A stretch of DNA of 64,000 bases from an uncultured Pseudomonadota bacterium (GCA_963749075.1 CAVVLJ010000016.1:416001-480000), one strand, 5' to 3'; shown: positions 46,883-57,201, counted from the stretch's first letter. The notes: generated from the sequence alone by a model not told the origin. Program-made: numbers and translations.

Positions 46883-48474
46883 TCACCTGCCTCCGCCGTC
46901 CTCCGCCACCGCATCGCCCCAGGGCGACATGATCTCGGTTGCACCCACGTTCAGCTCGCCCTCCCGCAGCACGCCCGCGGGGCAGGCGAAGAGGTAGGGG
47001 AACACGGTGCGCCGGCCGGGGACCAGCTTGAAATGCGCGGCGAGGGCGGCGTGCACCGCGGCGGGCAGGGTCTCGTCGGCGATCGCCGCGTCGCCGCCCG
47101 AGAGGTCGATGCGCGGATGGTGGAAGGCCTCCTCGAGGCTCATGCCGTAATCGACGAGGAAGGAGACGAGCTGCATGACGGCCGGCATGATGCGCCGGCC
47201 GCCCGAGGCGCCCAGCGCAAAGCGCCTGCCGCCGTGCTCGCCGATCACCGGGCAGACGTTCATCAAGCAGCGCTTGCCGGGCTCCATCGAGTTGGGCTTT
47301 CCCGGCTCGGGATCGAACCACAGGATGCCGTTGTTCATGAGAAGGCCGCTCTCAGGCAGCATGACCTTGGAGCCGAAGATCGAGAGCAGCGTCTGGGTCA
47401 CGGCGCAGATATTGCCGTGGCGGTCGACCACGTTGAAATGCGTGGTGCAGGCGGGCCCCGTGCGCGCCCCCTCCGCGTCCACGTCGCCCATGTTGGCGAG
47501 GCGCCAGCGGTAGCCCTCGGCGAGCGCGCGGGCGTAGGCGAGATAGGCGGCGGCGTCCGGCTGGCGGCCGCCCGAAAGCGGCGCCTCGGCGAGAAGCGAG
47601 AGGCAATGGGCGAGCGTCGGCCCCGCGGTGAGCTCGGGCGCCACATGGATCGCGCCGCCGCGATAGGGAATGGCGTGCGGCTCCTCGAGGACAGCGCGGT
47701 AGCCCCGCAGGTCCTCGCGCGGAGAGGCTGCCGCCGGCGCTTGCTCACGTCGCGGACGATGCCGCGCGCGAGCTCGCCTTCGTAGAACTCGCGCGGCCCC
47801 CGCTCGGCGATGCGGCGGAGAGTCGCGGCCATGGCGAGAGAGATCGACGCGCTTCTGCTGGAGCGCCGTCCACGACGAGATGGTCGGCCAGCGCCCCTCC
47901 TCGAGAAAGGTGGCGGCGGCCGTCGGGTTGGCGGCCAGCATGCGCGTGGCGGAGGCGATGAGGAGGGCGGCGTACCAGTCGACGAGCAGGCCCTCCTCCG
48001 CAAGCTCGGCCGCGGGCATCACGAGCTCGCGCCACGGCCGGTTGCCGTGGCCTCGTGCGCCGCGCGCATGCCGTCGACCGTGCCCGGCACCGCGATCGAG
48101 CTGCCGCCCACCGCGTTGCGGTCCTCGACCACGCTCGGCCAGGGGAAGAGATCGGACGAGACGCCGGCGCCCGAGAGCGGGTAATGCGCGGGATCGAGGC
48201 CGCCCGGCGCCCTCGCGCCGAAGTCGACCGTGCGATAGCGTCCCTCGCGCGCGCGGTAGATCACCATGGCGCCGGCGCCGCCCGGCCCGCTCATCCACGG
48301 CTCGAGCACGCCGAGCGCGAAGGAGACGGCGACCGCGGCGTCGACCGCGTCGCCGCCCTTCGCCAGCACCGCGGCACCCACCTCGGCCGCGCGGCGGTGC
48401 TGGGCCGCGACGATGCCGCCTTGAGACGCGACGGCGGGCTTGCGGACGATCTGGCTGCGGGAGAAGTTGTCCAT
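46883..48474 (-). pseudogene. ggt: Gamma-glutamyltransferase with about three frameshifts (pseudogene or read errors)
   Basis: GGDAVDAAVA..EPWMSGPGG; catalytic TTHFNVVD, NNG, GASGG; frame changes near 48040, 47835 and 47740. Confidence 0.8.
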
Positions 48475-48503
48475 GGCGGGTCCTTAGGGAGCTATGCAAG
48501 TCG

Positions 48504-48546
48504 TCCTTCGAGACGCGTCGCTTGCGCGACGCTCCTCAGGATGAGG
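48504..48546. repeat. Alphaproteobacterial intergenic palindromic repeat
   Basis: tccttcgagacgcgtcgcttgcgcgacgctcctcaggatgagg. Confidence 0.55.
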
Positions 48547-48563
48547 ACGTGGGTGCGCCGTCC

Positions 48564-49571
48564 TCAGCGCTCTTTCTTGGCGAGATACGCCAGCTCGCCG
48601 ATCCAGCGCGCTTGGGAGGCGTAGCTCTCGGGCGGTCCGGCGTCGGCCTCGCTGGCAACCATCGCCGCGAGCCGCGTCTCCTTGGCGGGCGTGTTCTCGG
48701 GCAGCTCGTCGAGCGCCTCCTCGAGCTTGGGGGCATAGTCGGCGCCGACCGGGCAAACGTCCTGGCAGCGCCGGCAGCCGGTGACGACGCCGGAGCCGCG
48801 CAGGATGCTCTGCCACAGGTTGAAGCTGGTCTCCGAGCGCAGCGCCTTCTTCTGCAGCGCCGCGTCCGGCTCGTCGATAATGCGGCCGATGTGCTCCGCG
48901 AGCTGGGCGAAGCCGTGGGGCGAGCGGTAGCGGTCGCATGCCGGCCAGTCGCGCTGCCAATGGCCGACCACGTCGCCCGGGCAAGTCTTGAGGCAGCGCC
49001 CGCAGGACGGGCCGAGGCAGAGCGCCGTCTCCATCTTGCGATCCGGCTCGACGGGCGGCGAGGAGAGCACGGCGGTCAGGATCACGCGCGGGCCGTACTC
49101 TGGCGTCAAGAGCTGCAGGTTGAGACCAAGCGTGCCGAGCCCGGCCTCGACCGCGGCGTGGCTGAGCGAGAGGATGGTCGAGAGATGCGCCTCCGGATCG
49201 CCCTGATAGCGCCAGGGATCGACGTGGGTCGGCGGGATGACGATGGCGGGATAGCCCTGGTCCTCGAGCCAATAGACGAGCTCGAGGGAGGCCTCCTCCA
49301 GGAGGGTGAGGGTGAGCTCGTCGTTGTAGTACTTGTGCCGCTCGTCCCAGCGCTTAAGCCGCGTGGTGCCCACGGTGTAGTGCTTGGCGAGCACGATCGC
49401 CCGCTCGCCGTCGTGCTCGGTGATGTCGCGCGGCCGGCGCGGATCGCGCGGGTCGGGCGGATAGCGGTCCATGATCCTGCCGTCGGCGATGCCGACGAGA
49501 TCGGCGCCGAGGGCGCGCGCCTTGGCCTTGATCTCCTCCGCCGTGATCGGGGCCTTGAAGATCGCGACCAT
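48564..49571 (-). CDS. QueG/reductive-dehalogenase-like 2x[4Fe-4S] protein
   Basis: LGADLVGIA, HAAVEAGLGTLGLN..LTPEYGPR, CLGPSCGRCLKTCP, CRRCQDVCP. Confidence 0.8.
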   Translation of the reverse strand: MVAIFKAPITAEEIKAKARALGADLVGIADGRIMDRYPPDPRDPRRPRDITEHDGERAIVLAKHYTVGTTRLKRWDERHKYYNDELTLTLLEEASLELVYWLEDQGYPAIVIPPTHVDPWRYQGDPEAHLSTILSLSHAAVEAGLGTLGLNLQLLTPEYGPRVILTAVLSSPPVEPDRKMETALCLGPSCGRCLKTCPGDVVGHWQRDWPACDRYRSPHGFAQLAEHIGRIIDEPDAALQKKALRSETSFNLWQSILRGSGVVTGCRRCQDVCPVGADYAPKLEEALDELPENTPAKETRLAAMVASEADAGPPESYASQARWIGELAYLAKKER

Positions 49572-49579
49572 GGCGCCGG

Positions 49580-50656
49580 TCAGCCCTCGTCCGCGCCCAG
49601 AGATGCCGCCGCGGCCAGCTCCGTCTGGCGCCGCTTGAAGTCCTGCAGCTGGCGCGCCACCAGCTGCTGGTAGCCCTCGGGCCCGACCCAGCGGATGTTC
49701 CACTCGTTCAGCCCGTCGATCGCCGCGCCCGCCTGCCGCGCCTCCTTCATCGCCTTGGCCTTGGCGGTCTTTTCCGGCGTGCGCTCGGGGATCGCCTTCT
49801 GCATCTCGGCCAGGTGCGCGTGATAGTCGTCGCCGACCGGGCAGACGGCGAGGCAGCGCGGGCAGTCGCCGAAGGAGCCGACCACGCGCAAGAGGCCCTG
49901 CCAGAAGCCGAAGAGATCGCGCGAGCGGGCGAGTGCCGCCTTCTCGGCGCGCGGCGCCGCGATGAAGCGCTCGAAGAACTTGAGGATGGTCGAGAAGCCG
50001 AACTCCTGGGCTTCGGTGGCGCAGGCGCGCTTGTCGATGTCGAAGTGCCCGACCGCGTCGGCGGGGCAGCTGTGGAGGCAGCGCGAGCAGGATTCGCCGA
50101 TGCAGACCTGCTCACTCATGGGATGGTCGGGCTCGAGCTCGAGCTCGGTCAGGATGCCGGTGAGATAAAGGCGCGGGCCGAACTCGGGCGTCAGGATATT
50201 GACCTCGAGGCCAAGCGTGCCGAGCCCCGCCTCGACGCCGAGATGGCGGGTGGAGAGGCGGCCGTAGCTCGCGGTCTTGTAGTCCCAGTCAGTCTCCTGC
50301 GCCGCGGTCACGAAGCTCGCAGCACCCGCCCGCTCGAGCCACTCGGCCAGGCGGTAGGCGATCTTGTCCATGCGGCGCAGCACCAGCATGTCGAGGTACT
50401 GCACCGGCACGTTCGTCTTGCAGCGGAAGGCGCCCGCGGGAATGCGCTGGGCTATGACGATGACGCTCCTGCAATGGGGCGAGATGCGCGCGGGCGTCTG
50501 CGGAAATCTCGGGTCCGGCGGGAAGGCGTTGAGCGTCGCAGCGCTGGCGATGCCGACGAGGTGCGCGCCGAGCTCCCGCGCATGGGCCTTGACCTGCGCC
50601 GCGCCGGGAGGGGCGGGGGCCGCCCCGGCTGCACGCGTGGCACGCTCGCCTTCCAT
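49580..50656 (-). CDS. QueG/reductive-dehalogenase-like 2x[4Fe-4S] protein (paralog)
   Basis: LGAHLVGIA, HLGVEAGLGTLG..LTPEFGPR, CIGESCSRCLHSCP, CPRCLAVCP. Confidence 0.8.
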   Translation of the reverse strand: MEGERATRAAGAAPAPPGAAQVKAHARELGAHLVGIASAATLNAFPPDPRFPQTPARISPHCRSVIVIAQRIPAGAFRCKTNVPVQYLDMLVLRRMDKIAYRLAEWLERAGAASFVTAAQETDWDYKTASYGRLSTRHLGVEAGLGTLGLEVNILTPEFGPRLYLTGILTELELEPDHPMSEQVCIGESCSRCLHSCPADAVGHFDIDKRACATEAQEFGFSTILKFFERFIAAPRAEKAALARSRDLFGFWQGLLRVVGSFGDCPRCLAVCPVGDDYHAHLAEMQKAIPERTPEKTAKAKAMKEARQAGAAIDGLNEWNIRWVGPEGYQQLVARQLQDFKRRQTELAAAASLGADEG

Positions 50657-50718
50657 GGCAGTTCTTATAGCCGAGGCGGGGGTGCGGTTCGAGAGCCGAG
50701 ATGGCGTCCGCCCCGGCG

Positions 50719-51123
50719 TCACTTGGCCGGGAGCACGAGCTGGGTCTGGGTGACGAGCGCCACGAGCCGGCCCTCGGCGGTCGCGATGCGCGTCTGCCAC
50801 ACCATGGTGCGCTTGCCGCGGTGGACGGGCGTGCATTCGCCGGTGAGCCTGGCGCCGAGTGGGGCGGCGGCGAGGAAGTTGGTCTTGCTCTCGAGCGTGG
50901 TGGTGCCGGCGCCCTCGGGCAAGTTGAGCACGGTGGCGACGGCGCCGAGGGTGTCGGCAAAGGCCATGACGGCGCCGCCGTGCAGCACCGCCGGGCGGGT
51001 GCAGAGCTCCTCGCGCACGGTGAGGGTGGCCACCACCTTCTCGGGCGCCGCCTCCACATAGTCGATGCCGAGCAGCTTCGCGAAGGGGAGCTCCACCGCT
51101 CTCGCGCGCTCGAGCATGTCCAT
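50719..51123 (-). CDS. PaaI-family thioesterase
   Basis: PFAKLLGI, LHGGAVMAFAD, TTTLESKTNF, HRGKRTMVW. Confidence 0.9.
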   Translation of the reverse strand: MDMLERARAVELPFAKLLGIDYVEAAPEKVVATLTVREELCTRPAVLHGGAVMAFADTLGAVATVLNLPEGAGTTTLESKTNFLAAAPLGARLTGECTPVHRGKRTMVWQTRIATAEGRLVALVTQTQLVLPAK

Positions 51124-51316
51124 GGCGTTCTCCCTCTTTCGTCCGTCGCGCGAAGTCTCCCATGGCAAGGAACCCGGCCGCAATGATCTCGCGGCTCAAG
51201 GCCTCATTCCGAGATTTGCCGTCCTTGACCGGCGGCTTCCGGCGCTGTCATAGGATAAGCGCATGCCCGCGCCGCGGCGGCGCCGGCAGCCGCTCGCGGC
51301 TTCTAGGGGCAGCATC

Positions 51317-52424
51317 ATGGCGCGTCGGCGACTGCGCGAGCTCGGGATCAGCGTCGGCGTGCTGCCGAGCGGTGCCTTCAACGCCATCACCGACGTGGCC
51401 GGCGTCGAGGTCGGGTACTGCACGCTGGTCCGCGACGCGCCGCACGTCGTGCGCACGGGCGTCACGGCGATCTGGCCGCGCGGACCCGAGATCTGGACCG
51501 ACTACGTCTTTGCCGGCACCTTCTCCTTCAACGGCAACGGCGAGATGACCGGCCTGCCGTGGCTCGCGGAGCAGGGCATGCTCGGGGCACCCATCGGCAT
51601 CACGAACACCTACCAGGTCGGCCTCGTGCGCGACGCGATCTCGGCGCTCGCGGTGCGCGACGCCGCCTCGCAGGCCTTCCACCTGCCGGTCGTCGCCGAG
51701 ACCTACGACGGCTGGCTGAGCGACATCCAGAGCTTCCCGCTCAAAGAGGAGCATGCGCTTGCCGCCTTCGACTCCGCCACGGGCGGCGGGCCGATTGCCG
51801 AGGGCAACGTCGGCGGCGGCACCGGCATGATCTGCCACGAGTTCAAGGGCGGCACGGGCACCGCCTCGCGGCTCGTGCGCGAGGATGGCGTGCCTTATAC
51901 CGTGGGGAGCCCTGGTCCAGGCGAATTACGGGCTCCGCGAGCTCCTGCGCGTCGATGGCGTGCCGGTCGGCCGCGAGATCGGTCCGGAGATCGTCCCGGC
52001 GCACCGCTCGGGCGCGCGCAAGGCGGCACCGGACGAGGCCGGCGGTTCGATCATCGTCGTGCTGGCGACAGACGCGCCCCTCCTCCCCATCCAATGCCAG
52101 CGTCTGGCGCGGCGTGCCGCAACCGGCCTCGCCTGGGCCGGCGGCATCGGCGACAACGGCAGCGGCGACATCTTCCTCGCCTTCTCGACGGCCAACCACA
52201 TCGGCCAGGACGACAAGACGACGGACGTGCGCATGCTCGCGCCCGCGGCGATGACCAGTCTCTTCCGCGCCGCCGCCGAGGCGACCGAGGAGGCGATCTT
52301 GAACGCGCTCTGCATGGCGGAGACGATGACGGGCCGCGAGGGCCGCACCGTCCACGCGCTCCCGCTCGACCGCCTCGAGGAGGTGATGCGGCGCTATCGG
52401 CCGTGGACGCCATCGCAGTCATGA
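51317..52424 (+). CDS. DmpA/P1 (peptidase S58) aminopeptidase with a +1 frameshift near 51908
   Basis: NAITDVAGVEVG, NGNGEMTG, EGNVGGGTGM, KGGTGTASR / LVQANYG, G-SIIVVLATDAP, NGSGD. Confidence 0.85.
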
Positions 52425-52499
52425 CGGCCGCTCCGACACACTTTATCATCGGCGCAGGCACCCGAAATCATCGGCGCAGCAGCCGAAGGATGTGACGCC

Positions 52500-52982
52500 A
52501 TGCCCCTGCGAACGCGCTTCGCTTTGCTCCTCAGTTTGGTCTTCGCCTTGGCGGCGTCAAGTGCGCCGGCTCGCTCCGACTGCTATCGGGATTGCCAGAA
52601 CCAATGCAGCGATGCCTCGGGCAATATCACGTCGCAGGAGTGCGTCAACAGCTGCAGTCGCTCGAAATGCCCTCGGCCGACGGTTTCCTATGGCTCGATC
52701 GCCTATGGCATGACAAGCCATTCCGCCGGCTGGTCCTACGATTACCGCGACGCCGCCGAAGCCGATCGGGTGGCGCTCGCGAGCTGCGCCAAGCACGGCG
52801 ACGACTGCAAGACCGTGCTCAGCTTCTCCAACGGCTGCGCCGCCGTCGCGGCGGGCGGCGGTGCCTATGGCACCGGCGAGGGGGGCACGCGCGGGGAGGC
52901 GCAGTCCGCGGCGCTTTCGGCCTGTGTTGGCGTCGGCGGCAAGGATTGTGAAATCCGCGCCTGGAGCTGCGCGCTTCCCTGA
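52500..52982 (+). CDS. Secreted Cys-rich DUF4189-like protein
   Basis: Signal peptide; YGSIAY..GWS..A...ALASC....C....F.NGCAAVA...A...ALSAC. Confidence 0.75.
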   Translation: MPLRTRFALLLSLVFALAASSAPARSDCYRDCQNQCSDASGNITSQECVNSCSRSKCPRPTVSYGSIAYGMTSHSAGWSYDYRDAAEADRVALASCAKHGDDCKTVLSFSNGCAAVAAGGGAYGTGEGGTRGEAQSAALSACVGVGGKDCEIRAWSCALP

Positions 52983-53057
52983 GAGCGGGGGTGCTTGCGG
53001 CCGGATGCGCGCGCAAGCGCGTCGAGCGGGGAAAAATCGCCGGATTGTACCACTACC

Positions 53058-53138
53058 CGCTTGACCGATGGCCATCCGTGTGCTAGCTTTTTTCCATCCT
53101 GACGAGTTGCGCCCGCCGCCGTGCGGGCGTTTTGTTTT
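53058..53138 (+). promoter_or_regulatory. Promoter-pause-terminator cassette, copy 1
   Basis: TTGACC-17 bp (GATGGCCATC palindrome)-TAGCTT, CCATCCTGA, hairpin CGCCCGC/GCGGGCG plus TTTTGTTTT; near-identical copy at 63361. Confidence 0.75.
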
Positions 53139-53268
53139 CCGATGTGCGACCGCATTCCGCGAGCACGCGGCCGATCCCAGCCAAGGTCCTCTGCCATGAC
53201 AACGCGACGCGCGGGCTGCGCGGCGCCGCCGGACGGCGCCTGAGCGCCGCCCGGGACGAGCGCGCGCG

Positions 53269-53880
53269 ATGGCCGGACGGCATCCCTTCACGCCGACGGA
53301 GAAAGAGCGCGGCATGGTCGAGGCGCTCGCGGGGCTCGGTCTCGCCCAGGAGGACATCAGCCTCCTCATCATCAACCCCGCGACCGGCAAGCACATCGAC
53401 GCCAAGACCCTGCGCAAGGCCTTCGCCCATGAGCTCAGCGTGGGCGGCGCCAAGGCGAAGGCGGAGATCGCGCGCACCATCTTCAAGATGGCGACCGAGG
53501 ACAAGAGCGTGAGCGCCGCCCTCTTCCTCGCCAAGACCCGCCTCGGTTGGAAAGAGCCACCCGCCAATGAGCAGAAGGACGCGGGCGGCACCGCCCATGA
53601 GGACGCCCTCGAGGACCTTGAGCTAAGCCTGACGATGCAGCAAAAGACTCGAGATGCCCGCCCGGAAGGGTACGTGCAGGTGACCGTGCAGCCATCTGTA
53701 AAAATTCGGAGCAACGCCGGCATTTATATATTGGTCAATGACCATTATCAGGTCGTAAGCCCTGATAAGAGCGTTGGTTGTGATGAAATTCTGACGCTGC
53801 TGGAAGAGCGTTTTGAAGCATCAATTAGGAACTCTGAGGGGATCGTCGACCAAATCATGTCGCTACGGGAGGCTCGGTAA
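53269..53880 (+). CDS. Terminase small subunit-like protein, read-through fused to an inserted foreign C-terminus
   Basis: HTH-like N-terminus, AALFLAKTRLGWKE motif; native end EDLE-stop survives in the second repeat copy. Confidence 0.75.
   Translation: MAGRHPFTPTEKERGMVEALAGLGLAQEDISLLIINPATGKHIDAKTLRKAFAHELSVGGAKAKAEIARTIFKMATEDKSVSAALFLAKTRLGWKEPPANEQKDAGGTAHEDALEDLELSLTMQQKTRDARPEGYVQVTVQPSVKIRSNAGIYILVNDHYQVVSPDKSVGCDEILTLLEERFEASIRNSEGIVDQIMSLREAR
53513..53622 (+). repeat. 110-bp direct repeat, copy 1
   Basis: Identical to 55663-55772. Confidence 0.92.
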
Positions 53881-53881
53881 T

Positions 53882-54592
53882 ATGGTTGCGCCAGCCACCG
53901 CTAAGGTGCATGAGGAAACTGATCGGGCTGACGAGGCTTCGAGTAGCACGTTGGGTATGCCCCGCCACTTAAGAGACTTCCTCGCGGACCTTTCTGCATT
54001 TCGTACGCGCCGGGTGCCCAATACGACAGCGCAAGAGAACAGATCGGAGGACGCCGAACCCACTCTAATTATCTCTCCCAATTTGAAAAATGATATGGCG
54101 CCATCGGATGCTGATGCGTTTACGCCATCGGATGCCGACGCGTTTGCGCAGGCGGCCGCGTTGTCATTAGAGCCACGTTCGGAATTGTCGTCACCCGAGA
54201 GGCCGTTGCAAAGCTTTGTCTCGAAGGCCCAGTACGGCGTTGCCGCAACAGGCGCAGAGCAAAGTTCATACGCTCTCCAAGAATGGGAAGGGTACGTCGT
54301 CGAGGTGGGGGGAGAGACCTTTACAGCCCGTTTGTTGGATATCACGGCGGGATCAAAGGTCGAGGGTGAGATAGCGGAGTTTGCTCTCTCCGAGGTTCCC
54401 GGGCACGACGAAGATCTGTTGCGCGTCGGTGCAGTGTTCCGCTGGATCATTGGACATCTTCGCACGAAGGGAGGCACGAGATGGAACGTCAGCCAAATTG
54501 TGTTCCGGCGTCTGCCTCAATGGAAGAGTCGCGATATTGAAGATGCCAATCGTCGCGCTGAGGCGCTGTCGGCGGCTCTCAAATGGGAATAG
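53882..54592 (+). CDS. Hypothetical protein in the insert (LQEWEGYV family)
   Basis: C-terminal LQEWEGYVVEV..FTARL.D...GAVFRW.IG..IVFRRLP.W; lower GC. Confidence 0.65.
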   Translation: MVAPATAKVHEETDRADEASSSTLGMPRHLRDFLADLSAFRTRRVPNTTAQENRSEDAEPTLIISPNLKNDMAPSDADAFTPSDADAFAQAAALSLEPRSELSSPERPLQSFVSKAQYGVAATGAEQSSYALQEWEGYVVEVGGETFTARLLDITAGSKVEGEIAEFALSEVPGHDEDLLRVGAVFRWIIGHLRTKGGTRWNVSQIVFRRLPQWKSRDIEDANRRAEALSAALKWE

Positions 54593-55182
54593 CCGCAGAC
54601 AGTCCTGCGTCCGACCAGCTTGAGGTTGTGCTTCTCGGACCGGGATATGGTGAGTGCTGCGTCGTTCACATCGGCGATCACCTCGCCGTGGTCGTGCTGA
54701 TCCAAGTTGGCGACACCGCTATGCTATTTGGTTCCGATCTCGAAGAAACTGCCGATCAAAATACCGGCTGGTCGGTCATCGTCAATTCGGTCCTTCGGCC
54801 GCAGATACGTGCGACCATTTTTAAGGTTCCTCATCATGGTTCCGAAAACGCCGACAATGGGGACGTGTGGGCGAGCATGCTCGTCGATCGTCCTATCGCC
54901 ATTCTCACGCCTCACCACCGTGGGAGAACGCGGCTCCCCACGCAAACTGACGTTGTCCGGATTACCAGCCGCACCGAATCAGCCTGGTCAAGCTCACGCG
55001 GAATCCCGCAGGTGCAGCGGCGTAGGCCGGAAGTAGCGAAAGAAATCAATATCCGAACTAAAAGGTTTGTGCGCACGGACGCGGCTACAGGCGCAATTCG
55101 CTTGCGCAATGGTGGAGCACGCACACCAGCCACGTGGTGCGTAGAACTATCGAATGGCGCGTGCCATCTCACCGAGATGTAG
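54583..55182 (+). pseudogene. ComEC/MBL-fold metallo-hydrolase, internally deleted
   Basis: GPGYGEC.VVH, LFGSDLE and KVPHHGS are present but the HxHxDH region is missing. Confidence 0.6.
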
Positions 55183-55662
55183 GTGGACCGTGCACGGCGT
55201 AGAGCCGTCGATTGCTTGACCCTGAGCGGCTGAGGCCGCCGTGCGCCAATATGCGTGGCCACTCGCCAGAAGGGGCCGGCCTCGTCATTGCCCCTTTCGG
55301 GCAGAAGGCTATCGTAGGTCAGCGTGAATTCCAAGAGCTTGCTCGCTGCATTGATGGAACGCTCAAATATGCCGGCCCCCGTTCAGCCTCAGTATCGATC
55401 TGCGAAAAATCATCGGACTGGCGAGGTTGCGCGATGGACTCTTCCACTATTGGTTGGGCACTTTGCAAAAGCGACAATTGGCCGAGTTTTTAAATTTCAA
55501 TGATTTGCTCGTGTACGCTCGCATTGCCTCGTAATTAACCTTTCCCTCTCCATCGAGAGGACTGGGAGTTATAACTTAGCTCCACGCGGGCCGTTCGGTT
55601 TTTGGAAGCGAACAAAAACGGATCGATCGAGAGGTGCGACCGCAAGTGAGTGCCTGGACTAG

Positions 55663-55772
55663 GCGCCGCCCTCTTCCTCGCCAAGACCCGCCTCGGTTGG
55701 AAAGAGCCACCCGCCAATGAGCAGAAGGACGCGGGCGGCACCGCCCATGAGGACGCCCTCGAGGACCTTGAG
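55663..55772 (+). repeat. 110-bp direct repeat, copy 2 (contains the terL start)
   Basis: Identical to 53513-53622, followed by the native terS TAA. Confidence 0.92.
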
Positions 55773-57189
55773 TAAGCGCGAGCGCGCCATCCGCCAGCGC
55801 CTCAAAAGCGACTTCGCGCACTACGCCGCCCACTGCCTCAAGATCCGCACCAAGGAGGGTGCCGTCGAGCCCTTCCGCCTGAATGCGGCGCAGCGCCACA
55901 TCCAGGCCGAGCTCGACCGCCAGCTCGCCGAGACCGGCCGCGTGCGCGCCCTCATCTTGAAGGGCCGCCAGCAGGGCTGCAGCACATATGTAGAAGGGCG
56001 GTTTTTCTGGCGCGTGACGCATCGGCGCGGCACCCGCGCCTTCATCTTGACCCACCTCGACGAGGCGACCATGACGCTCTTCGAGATGGCGAAGCGCTTC
56101 TACGAGCATTGCCCGCCGCCCGTGCGCCCGCGGCTCAAGGCCTCGAACGCGCGCGAGCTCGTCTTCGACCGCCTCGACAGCGGCTACCGCATCGGCACCG
56201 CGGGAAGCCGCGGCGCCGGCCGCTCCCAGACCATCCAATATTTCCACGGCTCGGAGGTCGCCTATTGGCCGAACGCCGAGGAGCATGTGGCGGGAGCGCT
56301 CCAGGCTGTGCCGAATGCGGCCGGGACGGAGGTCATCCTTGAATCCACCTCGGCCGGCCGGCGCGGCCTCTTCTACGAGCTCTGCGAGCGGGCGCGGCAA
56401 GGGGAAGGCGAGCACCGCCTCATCTTCGTGCCCTGGTTCTGGCAGGGGGAGTACCGCGAGGCGGCGGGGGAGGAGTTCGCGGCGAGTTCGGAAGAGGAGG
56501 AGTACGCGCGGCAGCACGGCACAGACGCAAACCAGCTCGCTTGGCGCCGCGCCAAGATCCGCGAGCTCGGCGGCCTCCACCATTTCCGCCGCGAATATCC
56601 GGCAACGCCCGAGGAGGCCTTCGCCGCCGAGCGGCCCGGCAGCCTGTGGCGCCGCGAGATCATCGACGGCACGCGCGTGGCGGCGGCGCCCGAGTTGAAG
56701 CGCATCGTCGTCGCGGTCGATCCCTCGGGCGGCGAGACGCAGGCGAGCGACGAGGCCGGCATCGTTGCGGCCGGGCTCGGGCACGACGGCCACGGCTATG
56801 TGCTCGAGGACCTCTCCGGCCGCATGGGGCCGGCGGCCTGGGGCGGGCGCGCGGTCGCCGCCTATCACCGCCTCGAGGCCGACCGCATCGTGGCCGAGAA
56901 GAACTTCGGCGGCGAGATGGTGGCGCACGTCATCCGCACCGTCGACGCCTCGGCGCCGCTCAAGCTCGTCACCGCGAGCCGCGGCAAGGAGCTGCGCGCC
57001 GAGCCGGTCGCCGCCCTCTACGAGCAGGGCAGGGTGCATCACGTCGGCACGCATCTGGCGCTCGAGGACGAGATGACGAGCTGGGAGCCCGGTCCCGCGA
57101 GCCGCTCGCCCAACCGGCTCGACGCGCTCGTCTGGGCCTTGAGCGAGCTCATGATCGAGCCCAAGGCGAAGAAGCTCGTATTCGGTTGA
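55717..57189 (+). CDS. terL: Terminase large subunit
   Basis: Walker A LKGRQQGCST, Walker B FHGSEVAYW, coupling motif ILESTS, nuclease VVAVDP..AEKNFGG..SPNRLDALVWA. Confidence 0.9.
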   Translation: MSRRTRAAPPMRTPSRTLSKRERAIRQRLKSDFAHYAAHCLKIRTKEGAVEPFRLNAAQRHIQAELDRQLAETGRVRALILKGRQQGCSTYVEGRFFWRVTHRRGTRAFILTHLDEATMTLFEMAKRFYEHCPPPVRPRLKASNARELVFDRLDSGYRIGTAGSRGAGRSQTIQYFHGSEVAYWPNAEEHVAGALQAVPNAAGTEVILESTSAGRRGLFYELCERARQGEGEHRLIFVPWFWQGEYREAAGEEFAASSEEEEYARQHGTDANQLAWRRAKIRELGGLHHFRREYPATPEEAFAAERPGSLWRREIIDGTRVAAAPELKRIVVAVDPSGGETQASDEAGIVAAGLGHDGHGYVLEDLSGRMGPAAWGGRAVAAYHRLEADRIVAEKNFGGEMVAHVIRTVDASAPLKLVTASRGKELRAEPVAALYEQGRVHHVGTHLALEDEMTSWEPGPASRSPNRLDALVWALSELMIEPKAKKLVFG

Positions 57190-57201
57190 GGCGAGGACGG
57201 C

